The notes under the pieces were generated by a model. That model was not told the DNA's origin, searched no databases, and worked only from the letters and a program-made list of their open reading frames with translations. A program made the position numbers and the translations under genes. From Candidatus Lokiarchaeum ossiferum (GTDB taxonomy: Archaea; Asgardarchaeota; Lokiarchaeia; Sigyniarchaeales; Promethearchaeaceae), in assembly GCA_025839675.1 (NCBI GenBank), contig CP104013.1, positions 4,710,001 to 4,742,000 of the forward strand: a stretch of 32,000 bases of DNA, given 5' to 3'. This document shows, piece by piece, positions 16,360 through 25,491 of this stretch (within the stretch, counting starts at the first letter, position 1; every line of letters starts with the position of its first letter).

Positions 16360-17826
16360 TTACTCTTCCTTGAGTAAATTTGCCTCTTTTAATTTTTCTT
16401 TTAATGTGGAGATTTCTTTCATTCGTTCTTCTCTCATGCGAGAATGTTCTGCAAGTTCTTGTTCATCAATTTTTGCGAGCACTATCCCTTCACCCACGAT
16501 TTTACTCATTAATTCTTCCACAACATCCAATTTACCTTTCAAAGCGCTCAGTTCTTTCAAGCGTTTCGCTTGTTCGTCTTTATGTGCTTTGATCTCATTT
16601 TCATCAATTTTCGTTAATTGGATTCCTTCTTTAACTGAATGCATAAGTTCTTCAGCAACCGCCATATGTGTTTTAAGATGATCCATTTCATTGGCTCGTT
16701 TAAATTTCAATGCCTGCATCTCTTGAAATTCTTCGGGAGGTATTTCTTTTAATGCCGGTGCTTGCTGGATTTCAGCCATCAAAGAAGCGGTCACATCAAA
16801 TTTTGCTAACAATTTTTGCTTAATTGCTTCAATATCCTTAATTCGGGCTTGTTTTTCTAATTGGATGTTCTTCTTCACTTCTTCTGAAACAGGCTTCAAA
16901 CTCGCCTTTTTCATTTCAGTAAATAAATCTTGCATTTGGTTTAGTTCTTTTTTAAGACCCGTGACCTCTTCTAACTTCGAAGTTTTTTCACTCTCAATTT
17001 TTTTTAAGTAATTAGAAGCGATCTGGAATTTTGAGAGTAATTCTTCTTGTAATAAACTTTGATCCATGGGTTTTAATTTTAATTCTTTAGAAATATCACT
17101 GATCAGATTCGTTGCCAGTTCAATTTTACTTCTCAACTGCGACACATCAGCAAGACGTTTTTGTTTTTCTTGTTGATATGCTTCCAATTCTTGCTCGTCA
17201 ATTTTTTTGAGACTGATTTTACCTGATCCAATTTCATTAAGAATACTTCCAAAAGAATTTAGGTGCTCAGTTGCTTTAATAAATTCTGCTTTCCTTTGTT
17301 CCTTTTGTTGTTCTCTCTTCGCTTTTTCCGATTCTGGTGGAGGATGCAAATTGGTTGTTCCTTCTTTAATTTCATCCAATATATTTCCAAAGGTGATTAA
17401 TTGATTATTTGCTTTTTGAAGAAGTTCGATCCGTTCTTTTTTATCTTGTTCATATTTTTCCTTGTCTTCTACAGGAACCTTTGCAAGATGCGGACTTTCC
17501 TTAATTTCATCTAATAATTTTGTGGTTGAAGAAATGTTTTCTTGTAAGGTTTCGAGTTCTGCCAATCTTTTTTGTTTTTCAAACTCGTAAGCCTTTCTAT
17601 CTTCTTCTGGAATCGCAGCGAGCTTAACATTACCGCTGGTGAGTTCTTCCATCATGCTTTGAGCATTTTCATATAGTTGCTTTACTTCTCTAATCTTTTT
17701 CATGCGTTCTTGACGATTTAAATTTATTTCAGCAATCTCTTCATTACTCAATTTTTTCAATTCTTTTCCAGCATGAATTTCTTCATGAAGATCCGTAATT
17801 TCTTTCTTTTCCTCTTCATTTGTCAT
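16360..17826 (-). CDS. tandem-repeat protein with ten WH2/beta-thymosin-like motifs (candidate actin-monomer-binding protein)
   Basis: The 488-aa ORF is built of ~45-aa repeats. Each contains hydrophobic-x-x-(E/D)-I-x-x-G-x-x-L-K-K-(I/V/L), for example SILNEIGSGKISLKKIDEQE, KLLDEIKESPHLAKVPVED and ELMHSVKEGIQLTKIDENE. The CDS is certain; the functional call is inference from motif resemblance. Confidence 0.5.
   Translation of the reverse strand: MTNEEEKKEITDLHEEIHAGKELKKLSNEEIAEINLNRQERMKKIREVKQLYENAQSMMEELTSGNVKLAAIPEEDRKAYEFEKQKRLAELETLQENISSTTKLLDEIKESPHLAKVPVEDKEKYEQDKKERIELLQKANNQLITFGNILDEIKEGTTNLHPPPESEKAKREQQKEQRKAEFIKATEHLNSFGSILNEIGSGKISLKKIDEQELEAYQQEKQKRLADVSQLRSKIELATNLISDISKELKLKPMDQSLLQEELLSKFQIASNYLKKIESEKTSKLEEVTGLKKELNQMQDLFTEMKKASLKPVSEEVKKNIQLEKQARIKDIEAIKQKLLAKFDVTASLMAEIQQAPALKEIPPEEFQEMQALKFKRANEMDHLKTHMAVAEELMHSVKEGIQLTKIDENEIKAHKDEQAKRLKELSALKGKLDVVEELMSKIVGEGIVLAKIDEQELAEHSRMREERMKEISTLKEKLKEANLLKEE
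16453..17802 (-). repeat. intragenic tandem repeat, ten units with a period of ~135-138 nt (one spacing 177 nt, one 147 nt)
   Basis: Motif centres fall at residues 17, 62, 107, 152, 198, 244, 303, 352, 397 and 443 of the encoded protein. The repeats are diverged at the nucleotide level but conserved as a peptide motif. Confidence 0.75.
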
Positions 17827-17991
17827 AGGTGTTTCACTATTATTGTTTTTATCTATGCTTGATTTAGTGTTTTGAACTTAAATGCTTTCTTTTGGTAAGA
17901 ACAATAGATTAATTATTAGAAAATTTTGCACAACTTGAATGAATAAAACTGAAAATTTTAAGAATAAAAGAAAAAGAAATGAGATTGACAC

Positions 17992-18639
17992 TTATTTATT
18001 ACGTTTTCCAAATATTTTTGTACCCACTCTTACCATTGTTGCTCCAAATTGTATCGCTTCTTGAAAATCTGAGCTCATGCCCATTGAAAGTTCCGTGAGA
18101 TGATATGCGTCTTTATATTTTAAAAAAAGCGACTGCATTTTTTGAAAATAAGGTCGGGGTTCCTCACCGTAAGGTGGGATGCACATAAATCCTAATAATT
18201 TAAGATGGGGGCAATTAATTATGAAATCCATCAGTTTTTGGACTGATCGGTACGAAATTCCATGTTTCTGTGGTTCTTCGCCTATATTAATTTCTATTAA
18301 AACTGACAGGGTTTTTTGAAATTCTCCCGCTGCTGTGTTTAATTTTTGGGCTAACTTCATTGAATCCACTGATTGTACCATATTAAAATATTGGGCTGCT
18401 AACTGTGCTTTATTTGATTGCAAATGGCCTATAAAATGCCATTGAATATCTGGTAAATGAGAAGCATTTTGGATTTTTGGAACTGCATCTTGAATATAAT
18501 TTTCTCCAAAAATACGTTGGCCGTATTGATATGCTTCTTCTATCATTTCTAACGGCTTAGTTTTTGATACTGCAACCAATTTCACCGTAGAAGGAATGTT
18601 CAGTGATTGAATTTTCTTACCAATATCATCTGTGGGCAT
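17992..18639 (-). CDS. yggS: YggS/PLPHP-family pyridoxal-phosphate homeostasis protein
   Basis: VAVSKTKP carries the PLP lysine. FGENYIQDA, WHFIGHLQSNK, LSMGMSSDF and VRVGTKIFG are the conserved blocks of COG0325. Confidence 0.85.
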   Translation of the reverse strand: MPTDDIGKKIQSLNIPSTVKLVAVSKTKPLEMIEEAYQYGQRIFGENYIQDAVPKIQNASHLPDIQWHFIGHLQSNKAQLAAQYFNMVQSVDSMKLAQKLNTAAGEFQKTLSVLIEINIGEEPQKHGISYRSVQKLMDFIINCPHLKLLGFMCIPPYGEEPRPYFQKMQSLFLKYKDAYHLTELSMGMSSDFQEAIQFGATMVRVGTKIFGKRNK

Positions 18640-18768
18640 TGTTTAAGAAAATCCATCACGAAACAAAAATGTATTCAAATTCTAAGAAAAATCTTGTCAA
18701 ATGCTGATAATTGAGAATTATCATAAAAGGATTGAAAAAAATAGAAAAATGGAAAATATGAAACTTTT

Positions 18769-20412
18769 TTACATCATACCTGGTGGCATACCGCCACCCA
18801 TGCCGCCCATACCACCTGGTGGACCGCCGGCACTTGCTTTTGCTTTTATCATATCATCGATACGTAGGATCATAACTGCTAATTCTGTTGCTGATTTGAT
18901 GATGTTGTCAATATTCGCAACAGGTTCAATCACTCCTGCTTCTCGATTATCAATAACTTTGCCTTGATAGATTTCTAATCCATAAAATTCGTTACCTGGT
19001 TTAGAATGGGCAGTACGAAGTTCAGCTATGATGTTAATTGGATCTAAGCCGGCATTTTCAGATAGAGTAATTGGAATTATTTCTAAGGCTCGAGCAAATG
19101 TTTCAATGGCAATTTGTTCTTTTCCAGTTTGTTTGCTCGCAATGTTCAATAATCTTTGGCTTAATTCCATTTCTACGGCTCCGCCTCCACCAACAACTGC
19201 TGATCGGTCATAAATTGATGCAACAACGCAAAGTGCGTCATGCATGGTGCGTTCTGCTTCATCTAATCCTTGACTTACTCCTGCTCGTAATAGCATTGAG
19301 ACAGCTTTTGCATGATTACAACCAGAGATAAAACATAAATCATCTCCTGCTACTTTTTTGAATTCAACAACTTTTGCAGTTCCTAAATCACTTGGAGTCA
19401 TTGCTTCAATATTTTCAATAATTTTACCTCCAATAGCTTTTTGCAATTTTGATAAATCGGTTTTAGTCACACTTTTTATTGCAACAATACCTTCTTTTTG
19501 TAGGAAATGGCTGGCTCCATCATCAATTCCTTTTTGGTTAATTATCACATTGGCCCCAATTGCTTTCAATTTAGTTGCAAAGTTTTTTAAGATAGATTCT
19601 TCCTGATCTAAGAACCCTTGAATTTGGCTGGGATCGGCAATGCGTAAATCTGTTGAGAATTCGGTTTTTTTAATTTCAAAGGATTGAGCAACTAATGCAA
19701 TTTTGGCATCATGCACTACTTTTGGCATCATTTGGTGAGTGGCTTCTTTTTCTAAAATGATTCCATCAATGATTTCGGACTCCTTTAAGGATTTTCCTTT
19801 TTTCTTTACAATCATGATATCCTTGACTTGTCTCATATTATTTTTGTCCGATTTAACTTTAGCAAAGGCTTCTACGGCCAATTCAGCAAAGAATTCTTTA
19901 TTTCCACTAATTCCTTTTGAATTCATGGTAGTTATGGCAATTTTTTTTAAGATTTCTTTATCAGTATCGGGATCGATTTTCATTGCGATTTCCTTAAGCA
20001 CTTCACGCGCTGTTTTTCCTGCTAAATTAAACCCTCGGGATACCACACTTGGGTGAATGCCTTGAGACATCAATTCATTCGCAACAGTTAATAATTGACC
20101 TGCAATAATAACGCTGCTTGTAGTTCCATCTCCAACATTTTCATCTTGAGATTTGGAAATGGCTACAGCCATCTTTGCACCAGGATGTTGCACATCTAAA
20201 TTATCCAAAATTGTGGCTCCATCATTAGTGACTGTGATATCGCCTAATGAATCAACTAACATTTTATCCATTCCCCGTGGACCGAGGGTGGATTTAACTG
20301 CTTCTGCTACCGCTTGGATTGCCAAGATATTCTTGGCTCGTGCGTCATTTCCTTGCGATCGTTCTGATCCTTCCCTAAGGATCAAAATTGGTGTTCCTCC
20401 GAGCATTGACAT
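18769..20412 (-). CDS. ths: thermosome subunit (group II chaperonin)
   Basis: LGPRGMDKMLVDSLGDITVTNDGATIL, GDGTTS and VVGGGGAVE are present, as is the C-terminal GGMGGMGGGMPPGMM tail typical of thermosomes/CCT. Confidence 0.95.
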   Translation of the reverse strand: MSMLGGTPILILREGSERSQGNDARAKNILAIQAVAEAVKSTLGPRGMDKMLVDSLGDITVTNDGATILDNLDVQHPGAKMAVAISKSQDENVGDGTTSSVIIAGQLLTVANELMSQGIHPSVVSRGFNLAGKTAREVLKEIAMKIDPDTDKEILKKIAITTMNSKGISGNKEFFAELAVEAFAKVKSDKNNMRQVKDIMIVKKKGKSLKESEIIDGIILEKEATHQMMPKVVHDAKIALVAQSFEIKKTEFSTDLRIADPSQIQGFLDQEESILKNFATKLKAIGANVIINQKGIDDGASHFLQKEGIVAIKSVTKTDLSKLQKAIGGKIIENIEAMTPSDLGTAKVVEFKKVAGDDLCFISGCNHAKAVSMLLRAGVSQGLDEAERTMHDALCVVASIYDRSAVVGGGGAVEMELSQRLLNIASKQTGKEQIAIETFARALEIIPITLSENAGLDPINIIAELRTAHSKPGNEFYGLEIYQGKVIDNREAGVIEPVANIDNIIKSATELAVMILRIDDMIKAKASAGGPPGGMGGMGGGMPPGMM

Positions 20413-20437
20413 GATTTTTCACTTAGTTCGTTAAAAT

Positions 20438-20457
20438 CCAGTCATCAGAGTGACTGG
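20438..20457. promoter_or_regulatory. perfect 7-bp inverted repeat (CCAGTCA-N6-TGACTGG) upstream of the thermosome start
   Basis: ccagtcatcagagtgactgg lies 26-45 nt upstream of the thermosome ATG (20412) and downstream of a TATA-like ctttaaaatttt on the same strand. GTGAC/GTCAC pentamers recur at 20478-82 and 20517-21. Confidence 0.2.
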
Positions 20458-20595
20458 GGTTTAGTATGGAAGTCTAAGTCACCAAAAATTTTAAAGTTTT
20501 TTTTTGGGATTTTGGAGTGACAATAATTGGACTTTGATAATTTGAATAACTCTCCCCCCATTTTTTAGTTACAATCTAGTTTCGTGATCTCAACA

Positions 20596-21183
20596 ATGGA
20601 AAAACATTATCATCCACATCATAAAAAACACGCTGAAATGCCTCATTCCGAATTTCTCGGATCATTGATTGCCTTTCTCGTTGTTGTTATTGTAATGAAC
20701 GGAATATTTCCGTATGACCCTTGGTTTGCTGTTTTGCCTCAAGTAATTCTTGCGTTTATCATGGTGAAAAATGGAATACTATATATCCAATCCCGCGATG
20801 CACGCCGAGATTTTGTCTATACTACCACTCAAGACGATTTATGGCACATTTGGCTGGCGGCTATCATTGTAAATATAGTAATGTCGGCGATATTCCATGG
20901 AAGTTGGATTGGGCGAATCCCAACAACTGTCTTAAATATCAAAGCGATTGAAATTACCATTACATATATTGCTGCTCAAAAACAGCGCAAAAATGCGACA
21001 TTATACACCCAACGATATGTGTCCCCTGTTGCTCAACCAGTTGCAACCGTTCACAACACAACTTCTGGTGCTTATGTCACCTTGTCAACTCCATCTGATG
21101 TGGCTCAATTCTGCCCTATCTGTGGTGAAAAACATGAAGCGGACTATAAATTCTGTGCCAGTTGCGGTGCATCATTATATTAA
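20596..21183 (+). CDS. multi-TM membrane protein with C-terminal zinc ribbon
   Basis: The N-terminus is His-rich (HYHPHHKKH). At least four hydrophobic segments are present, and the C-terminus is FCPICGEKHEADYKFCASCG. I prefer the ATG at 20596 over the GTG at 20584. Confidence 0.6.
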   Translation: MEKHYHPHHKKHAEMPHSEFLGSLIAFLVVVIVMNGIFPYDPWFAVLPQVILAFIMVKNGILYIQSRDARRDFVYTTTQDDLWHIWLAAIIVNIVMSAIFHGSWIGRIPTTVLNIKAIEITITYIAAQKQRKNATLYTQRYVSPVAQPVATVHNTTSGAYVTLSTPSDVAQFCPICGEKHEADYKFCASCGASLY

Positions 21184-21320
21184 TCTTTTTTTAGAATAAA
21201 TCTAGATGATATGTTCCCCAAAAACAAAAAACCCCTCTTGTTTTTTTTTCTTCCCTTCGATCAGACTTTTTAATAGAAATGATTGAAGGGTAAAATGTTT
21301 TCCACAATTAGTCGATAAAA

Positions 21321-22061
21321 ATGTCAACTCAAACCAACCAAAATCCAAATTCAGACCAGTTCGAGGTTAAAATGTACAACCTTGGGGTGGCGATGAAAGA
21401 CTTCCAGAATTTTTATTGGACCGGAATCCTCCTTTTCTGGTTGTTCGTCCCGCTGATTATTTTATTTGTAAAATATGTGAAATATTTAATTGCCTTAAAT
21501 GAAGTTAAAGGAACAACTCCCGATCAAGACTTTCATAAAGGGTTTATCCTACTGATTGTGAGTATTCTCTCTTCCTTTATTATAACTTCTGCAATTGGAG
21601 ATTCTCGATGGTCTTTTTCAGGTATTATTGGCATAGTCCTTACGTATTTAGCGTATCAATCCTTCCAGCAATGGTCCGCGAGATTATCTCAACAATCCCA
21701 ATCGCCCAATCATGTTCAATTACGCGAAGGTTTTCACGACATCCAAATTGCCAATTTATTCTGTATTATATTTATTGGGATATTTATGATTCCTGGGGCT
21801 TTTGGAAAAACCGCAGATGCGTTGCTAGCAGAATATAGTGGAGTGATTCAAAAAAATTTTTATTCAAATTCCAAACCCTTAAATCAAATCTATGGACATC
21901 AAGAATATGTTGCCCCTACTTCTACTGACACAACATTTACTCCTTCTATTTCACAAACTAAATCAATTCCAATTTCTAAAGAAAAATTTTGTCCCTTCTG
22001 TGGGAATCGGCAAAATTCTGATGTGAAATTTTGTGCTTCATGCGGAAATCAAATGGAATAA
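21321..22061 (+). CDS. multi-TM membrane protein with C-terminal zinc ribbon
   Basis: Hydrophobic segments are followed by a Ser/Thr-rich linker and FCPFCGNRQNSDVKFCASCG. Confidence 0.6.
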   Translation: MSTQTNQNPNSDQFEVKMYNLGVAMKDFQNFYWTGILLFWLFVPLIILFVKYVKYLIALNEVKGTTPDQDFHKGFILLIVSILSSFIITSAIGDSRWSFSGIIGIVLTYLAYQSFQQWSARLSQQSQSPNHVQLREGFHDIQIANLFCIIFIGIFMIPGAFGKTADALLAEYSGVIQKNFYSNSKPLNQIYGHQEYVAPTSTDTTFTPSISQTKSIPISKEKFCPFCGNRQNSDVKFCASCGNQME

Positions 22062-22240
22062 TCGTGCTTTAATTTTAGCATAATACTCTTTTTTTTCTTT
22101 CATGCACTTTCTATTTCTTTTTATTTAAAGCCTTAATTACTTCTTTCTTCACAGAAACATGTAGTACAATTCTTTTCCCTACATACTTGATTAGTTTCCC
22201 TACATAACAGATTTTTAATAGAAGCGACATTTTTCAAAAG

Positions 22241-23572
22241 ATGGGTCACATTTCTAATAGTTACTTGGACTTACAAAAACGTCTCGATAAGTCACCACAA
22301 ACTGCCCCCATATCAGAATCCTTATTTAAAATTTTGGAAATTTTATTTAGCGAAGAAGAAGCGACTTTAGTCTCAAAGCTTCCAATTAAACCTTTTGATT
22401 TGGCAACAGCGGTAAAAATTTGGAAAATTTCAGAAGAAAAGGCTAAAGAAATCCTCTTTGAGTTAGCCGAAAAGGCTTTAGTTCTTGATTTTATTAGTGG
22501 GGATAAAATGATGTTCAGCTTGGCGCCTCCAATGGCAGGATTCTTTGAATTTTCTTTAATGCGTACCGATGGTAAATTTGATAGAAAGATTTTATCTGAG
22601 TTATATCATCAATATCTCAATGTTGAGGATGATTTTGTTCCAACTCTATTTGGGTTGGAGGTTCCTATAGATAGAGTTTTTGTGCATGAAGATACAATTC
22701 AAGATACCGATAAAAGCATTATTTTAGATTATGAAAAAGCAAGCGAAGTGATTGATACTGCAACGTGTATTACTGTAGGCACATGTTATTGTCGCCATAA
22801 AATGGAACATTTGGGAAAAGCATGTGATAATCCTCAAGAAGTCTGTCTTACGTTTAATAATGTCGCCGCCAGTTTATCCCGCCATGGTGTCGCCAAAGAA
22901 ATATCTAAGGATGAAGCCCATGCCATTTTGGATCGGGTGAGAAAACTCGGACTTGTGCAGGTGGGTGATAACCGTCAAGCTGGAGTCTCTTGGATTTGTA
23001 ATTGCTGTGGTTGTTGTTGTGAAGCGTTACTTGGATATAAACGATTGGGTTATAGTTCCAATATTCAAAGTAATTTTGAAGCTAAAATTGATATAGATGA
23101 ATGCACTGCATGTGGTATTTGTGTCCAGAAATGTCCTGTTGATGCTATGGACATGATTGAAACAGCTGATGGATTATCAAAAGCGCAAGTGAATTATGAT
23201 CGCTGTATCGGCTGTGGTGTATGTGCTCGGTTTTGCCCTTCGGAAGCGATCAGTATTGTTCGTCGGAAAGAGCTCAATTTCACACCTGTTGATGATTTTG
23301 AGCGATATATCATTAATGCAATTGAAACTGGTAAGCTCCCAAACTTAGTGTTTGATAATTTTAACCTCTGGAGTCACAAAATCTTGCGCCGCTTAATGAA
23401 GATTTATATTAAGCTTCCCAAAGTGAAAAGATCCTTGGTGGAAGATCAATTACAATCTCGGTATCTGAAAAAAATGGTCCACTTGTATAAAAAATATAAT
23501 AAAGGAAAGTTGGATGATTTCGATTTAGAGAATTATACTCATCCTGAATTGTCCTCAAATAAACAGAAATAA
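22241..23572 (+). CDS. Fe-S protein with 2x[4Fe-4S] ferredoxin domain and additional Cys-rich cluster
   Basis: CTACGICVQKCP and CIGCGVCARFCP are two classical CxxCxxCxxxCP motifs. Upstream Cys-rich segments are CYCRHKMEHLGKAC and WICNCCGCCCE. Confidence 0.75.
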   Translation: MGHISNSYLDLQKRLDKSPQTAPISESLFKILEILFSEEEATLVSKLPIKPFDLATAVKIWKISEEKAKEILFELAEKALVLDFISGDKMMFSLAPPMAGFFEFSLMRTDGKFDRKILSELYHQYLNVEDDFVPTLFGLEVPIDRVFVHEDTIQDTDKSIILDYEKASEVIDTATCITVGTCYCRHKMEHLGKACDNPQEVCLTFNNVAASLSRHGVAKEISKDEAHAILDRVRKLGLVQVGDNRQAGVSWICNCCGCCCEALLGYKRLGYSSNIQSNFEAKIDIDECTACGICVQKCPVDAMDMIETADGLSKAQVNYDRCIGCGVCARFCPSEAISIVRRKELNFTPVDDFERYIINAIETGKLPNLVFDNFNLWSHKILRRLMKIYIKLPKVKRSLVEDQLQSRYLKKMVHLYKKYNKGKLDDFDLENYTHPELSSNKQK

Positions 23573-23860
23573 ATCCTTATCAAAATTGGTTTGGTAAAAT
23601 CTATTTTTTCTATTCTTTTATTATCATTTTGAGATATTTGAGTCTTTTAGTCATTCAATTGGTTCTTAACAATTTTTCCTTCAAAACTATTTTATAGATT
23701 GCATTCTCGTAATGTATCCTACTTTTTCGGTAGTTTTTTTTACTCGCATTTGTCTTACTAATTTGGAGGATTGTATATCGTTTTTTAAGAATCGAAAAGA
23801 AATGAAAGAAAGTTGATAAAAAATCGAATAGATAAAAATGAAGTTGAAGATGAAAGAAAT

Positions 23861-24196
23861 ATGAATGGAAAAACAGTGTTTAAGGCTGATCGACAATTGG
23901 ATCCAGAACTCGATTATGCTTTTGAAAAAATGATCCAAAAAATTAGTTTTGAAGCGAAAATTTCTCCCCAACTCCTCCGAAAATATGGCGGCGAAGCATT
24001 TAAGGATTGGGAATCTAAAACAGGAAAACCTATATCGTCTTTGAATGCGATGAAACCTGAAGATCGCAGTTCCAATATCTATGCCATTTTAGATAAATTT
24101 AGGCATTCATTAGAGCATATAGTCCCTTCGGTAAGAAAAATGGATAAAACAATGTGCATTGCTTCTGTGTCCATGGAGATCATGTTTGGATCCTAG
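23861..24196 (+). CDS. hypothetical protein (~111 aa from the first ATG)
   Basis: The ORF is open from the TTG at 23813, and the first ATG is at 23861. The composition is moderately complex. No motif recognised. Confidence 0.35.
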   Translation: MNGKTVFKADRQLDPELDYAFEKMIQKISFEAKISPQLLRKYGGEAFKDWESKTGKPISSLNAMKPEDRSSNIYAILDKFRHSLEHIVPSVRKMDKTMCIASVSMEIMFGS

Positions 24197-24379
24197 ATGA
24201 AGAGTTTGAGGTTGTATCTACTAATCCTTTTTTACCCCATCTTTCTGTTTTTAAGCTCATTTGCTTCCTTCAGATTTCGAAAATTAATGAGTCATATTTG
24301 GGAGAAGAAATTGAGAATTGAAAAATAAATTTAAAAGTTAGAGTAAAAAAACCAAAGAAATTCGTGTGCTGCTTTCACA

Positions 24380-25288
24380 TTACCTCAGTTTTTGGCCGCA
24401 TGTAGAACAAAAACTGGATTCTTTATCTATCAAAGTCGCTCCACAAAACTTACATTTGTCCGATACTCTATCCACCTCATTTATTGTGGTTGGGGTGTGA
24501 AAGTTAGTGGGGGTACTAAAAGTCTGGGTGTTGGATGGAGCTGCTTGATAGGTTGGTGCTCCATAGGATGAATTTGAAGTTTGGTTGAAAACAGGTTCTA
24601 CTTGGATGGAAGGTGCTGATGGCATAAGATTTGAAGCCACAATTTCATCTCCAATTTTCATTAGTCCAAATCCCCAGATAATTTGTCCAAGAAATCGTAG
24701 AATTGGGCCAAAAATTCCTGGAATAAACACAAATCCGTTAATTAAGCTTACTGTAAAAGCGAAAATAGATCCGATCTTCATTATTAGGAAGAAATTTTTC
24801 GTGCTATCTTTTAATGGGTTTTTATCTGTTTGGGAGGGGATTAATTGAATCCATTTTTCTAAAATAAATACTATCGCAATAAATAATCCTAATTTTATTG
24901 ATGCTCCAATAAACGGAATTAAATCTCCAAACACAACTAAGATAATATTTATTATTTCAAACCAAAATATCTTCTTAAGATTTGAATCCATTGTGATGTT
25001 TGCTAAATTATTCAATTTGGATAAATAAATTCCTAAGAATACTAAAATGACTATAAACCCAATGATTAGCAAAATAATGTATAAAAATGAACTCATTAAT
25101 TCTGCTCCTGATATATTAGTCATTGCTTCTGGATCGTTAGCGTCAATTGTTTGAAAAACCGATGAAGCCATTCCTATTATGGCAATCATTTGAAATATGG
25201 ACCAAATCATTCTGGCTATCCCATATCTCTTCGTCATTTTGCCAAATTCAGTAAATGGATTTGGCCGATAAAAATTCGGTGTGGACAT
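24380..25288 (-). CDS. multi-TM membrane protein with C-terminal zinc ribbon
   Basis: At least six hydrophobic segments are followed by a low-complexity S/T/P/Q linker and CKFCGATLIDKESSFCSTCG. Confidence 0.65.
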   Translation of the reverse strand: MSTPNFYRPNPFTEFGKMTKRYGIARMIWSIFQMIAIIGMASSVFQTIDANDPEAMTNISGAELMSSFLYIILLIIGFIVILVFLGIYLSKLNNLANITMDSNLKKIFWFEIINIILVVFGDLIPFIGASIKLGLFIAIVFILEKWIQLIPSQTDKNPLKDSTKNFFLIMKIGSIFAFTVSLINGFVFIPGIFGPILRFLGQIIWGFGLMKIGDEIVASNLMPSAPSIQVEPVFNQTSNSSYGAPTYQAAPSNTQTFSTPTNFHTPTTINEVDRVSDKCKFCGATLIDKESSFCSTCGQKLR

Positions 25289-25491
25289 TTTATTTTCTCC
25301 TAACGAATGTAGGATTTAAGTGAAATAAATACCTTTTGTTTCCAATTAAAATAGAATTTTCAACGATATTAGAGTGGCATTATCTCGAAAAAATTGTTCA
25401 TTTCACTGTGAATGGGAAATTAATTAAAAACATTTAGAGCATCTTTGTATCTTTTAGTTGCTTGCTCGATAATTTAACAAAAGAATTATTT

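Noticed and set aside
18701-20434. Series of plus-strand ORFs (18701..18967, 19028..19213, 19071..19331, 19358..19606, 19739..20056, 20153..20434)
   Set aside because: All lie antisense to the strongly supported thermosome gene. They are shadow ORFs with low-complexity, hydrophobic translations.
23687-23971. Minus-strand 94-aa ORF overlapping the start of 23813..24196
   Set aside because: The translation is low-complexity and Phe/Ile/Ser-rich, typical of AT-rich non-coding or antisense sequence. No start context or motif supports it.
24197-24328. 43-aa hydrophobic ORF (MKSLRLYLLILFYPIFLFLSSFASFRFRKLMSHIWEKKLRIEK) starting directly after the stop of the previous ORF (TAGATG)
   Set aside because: It could be a small membrane protein, but it is short, lies in AT-rich sequence where such ORFs arise by chance, and its upstream ORF is itself weakly supported. 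Evidence is insufficient without conservation or expression data.
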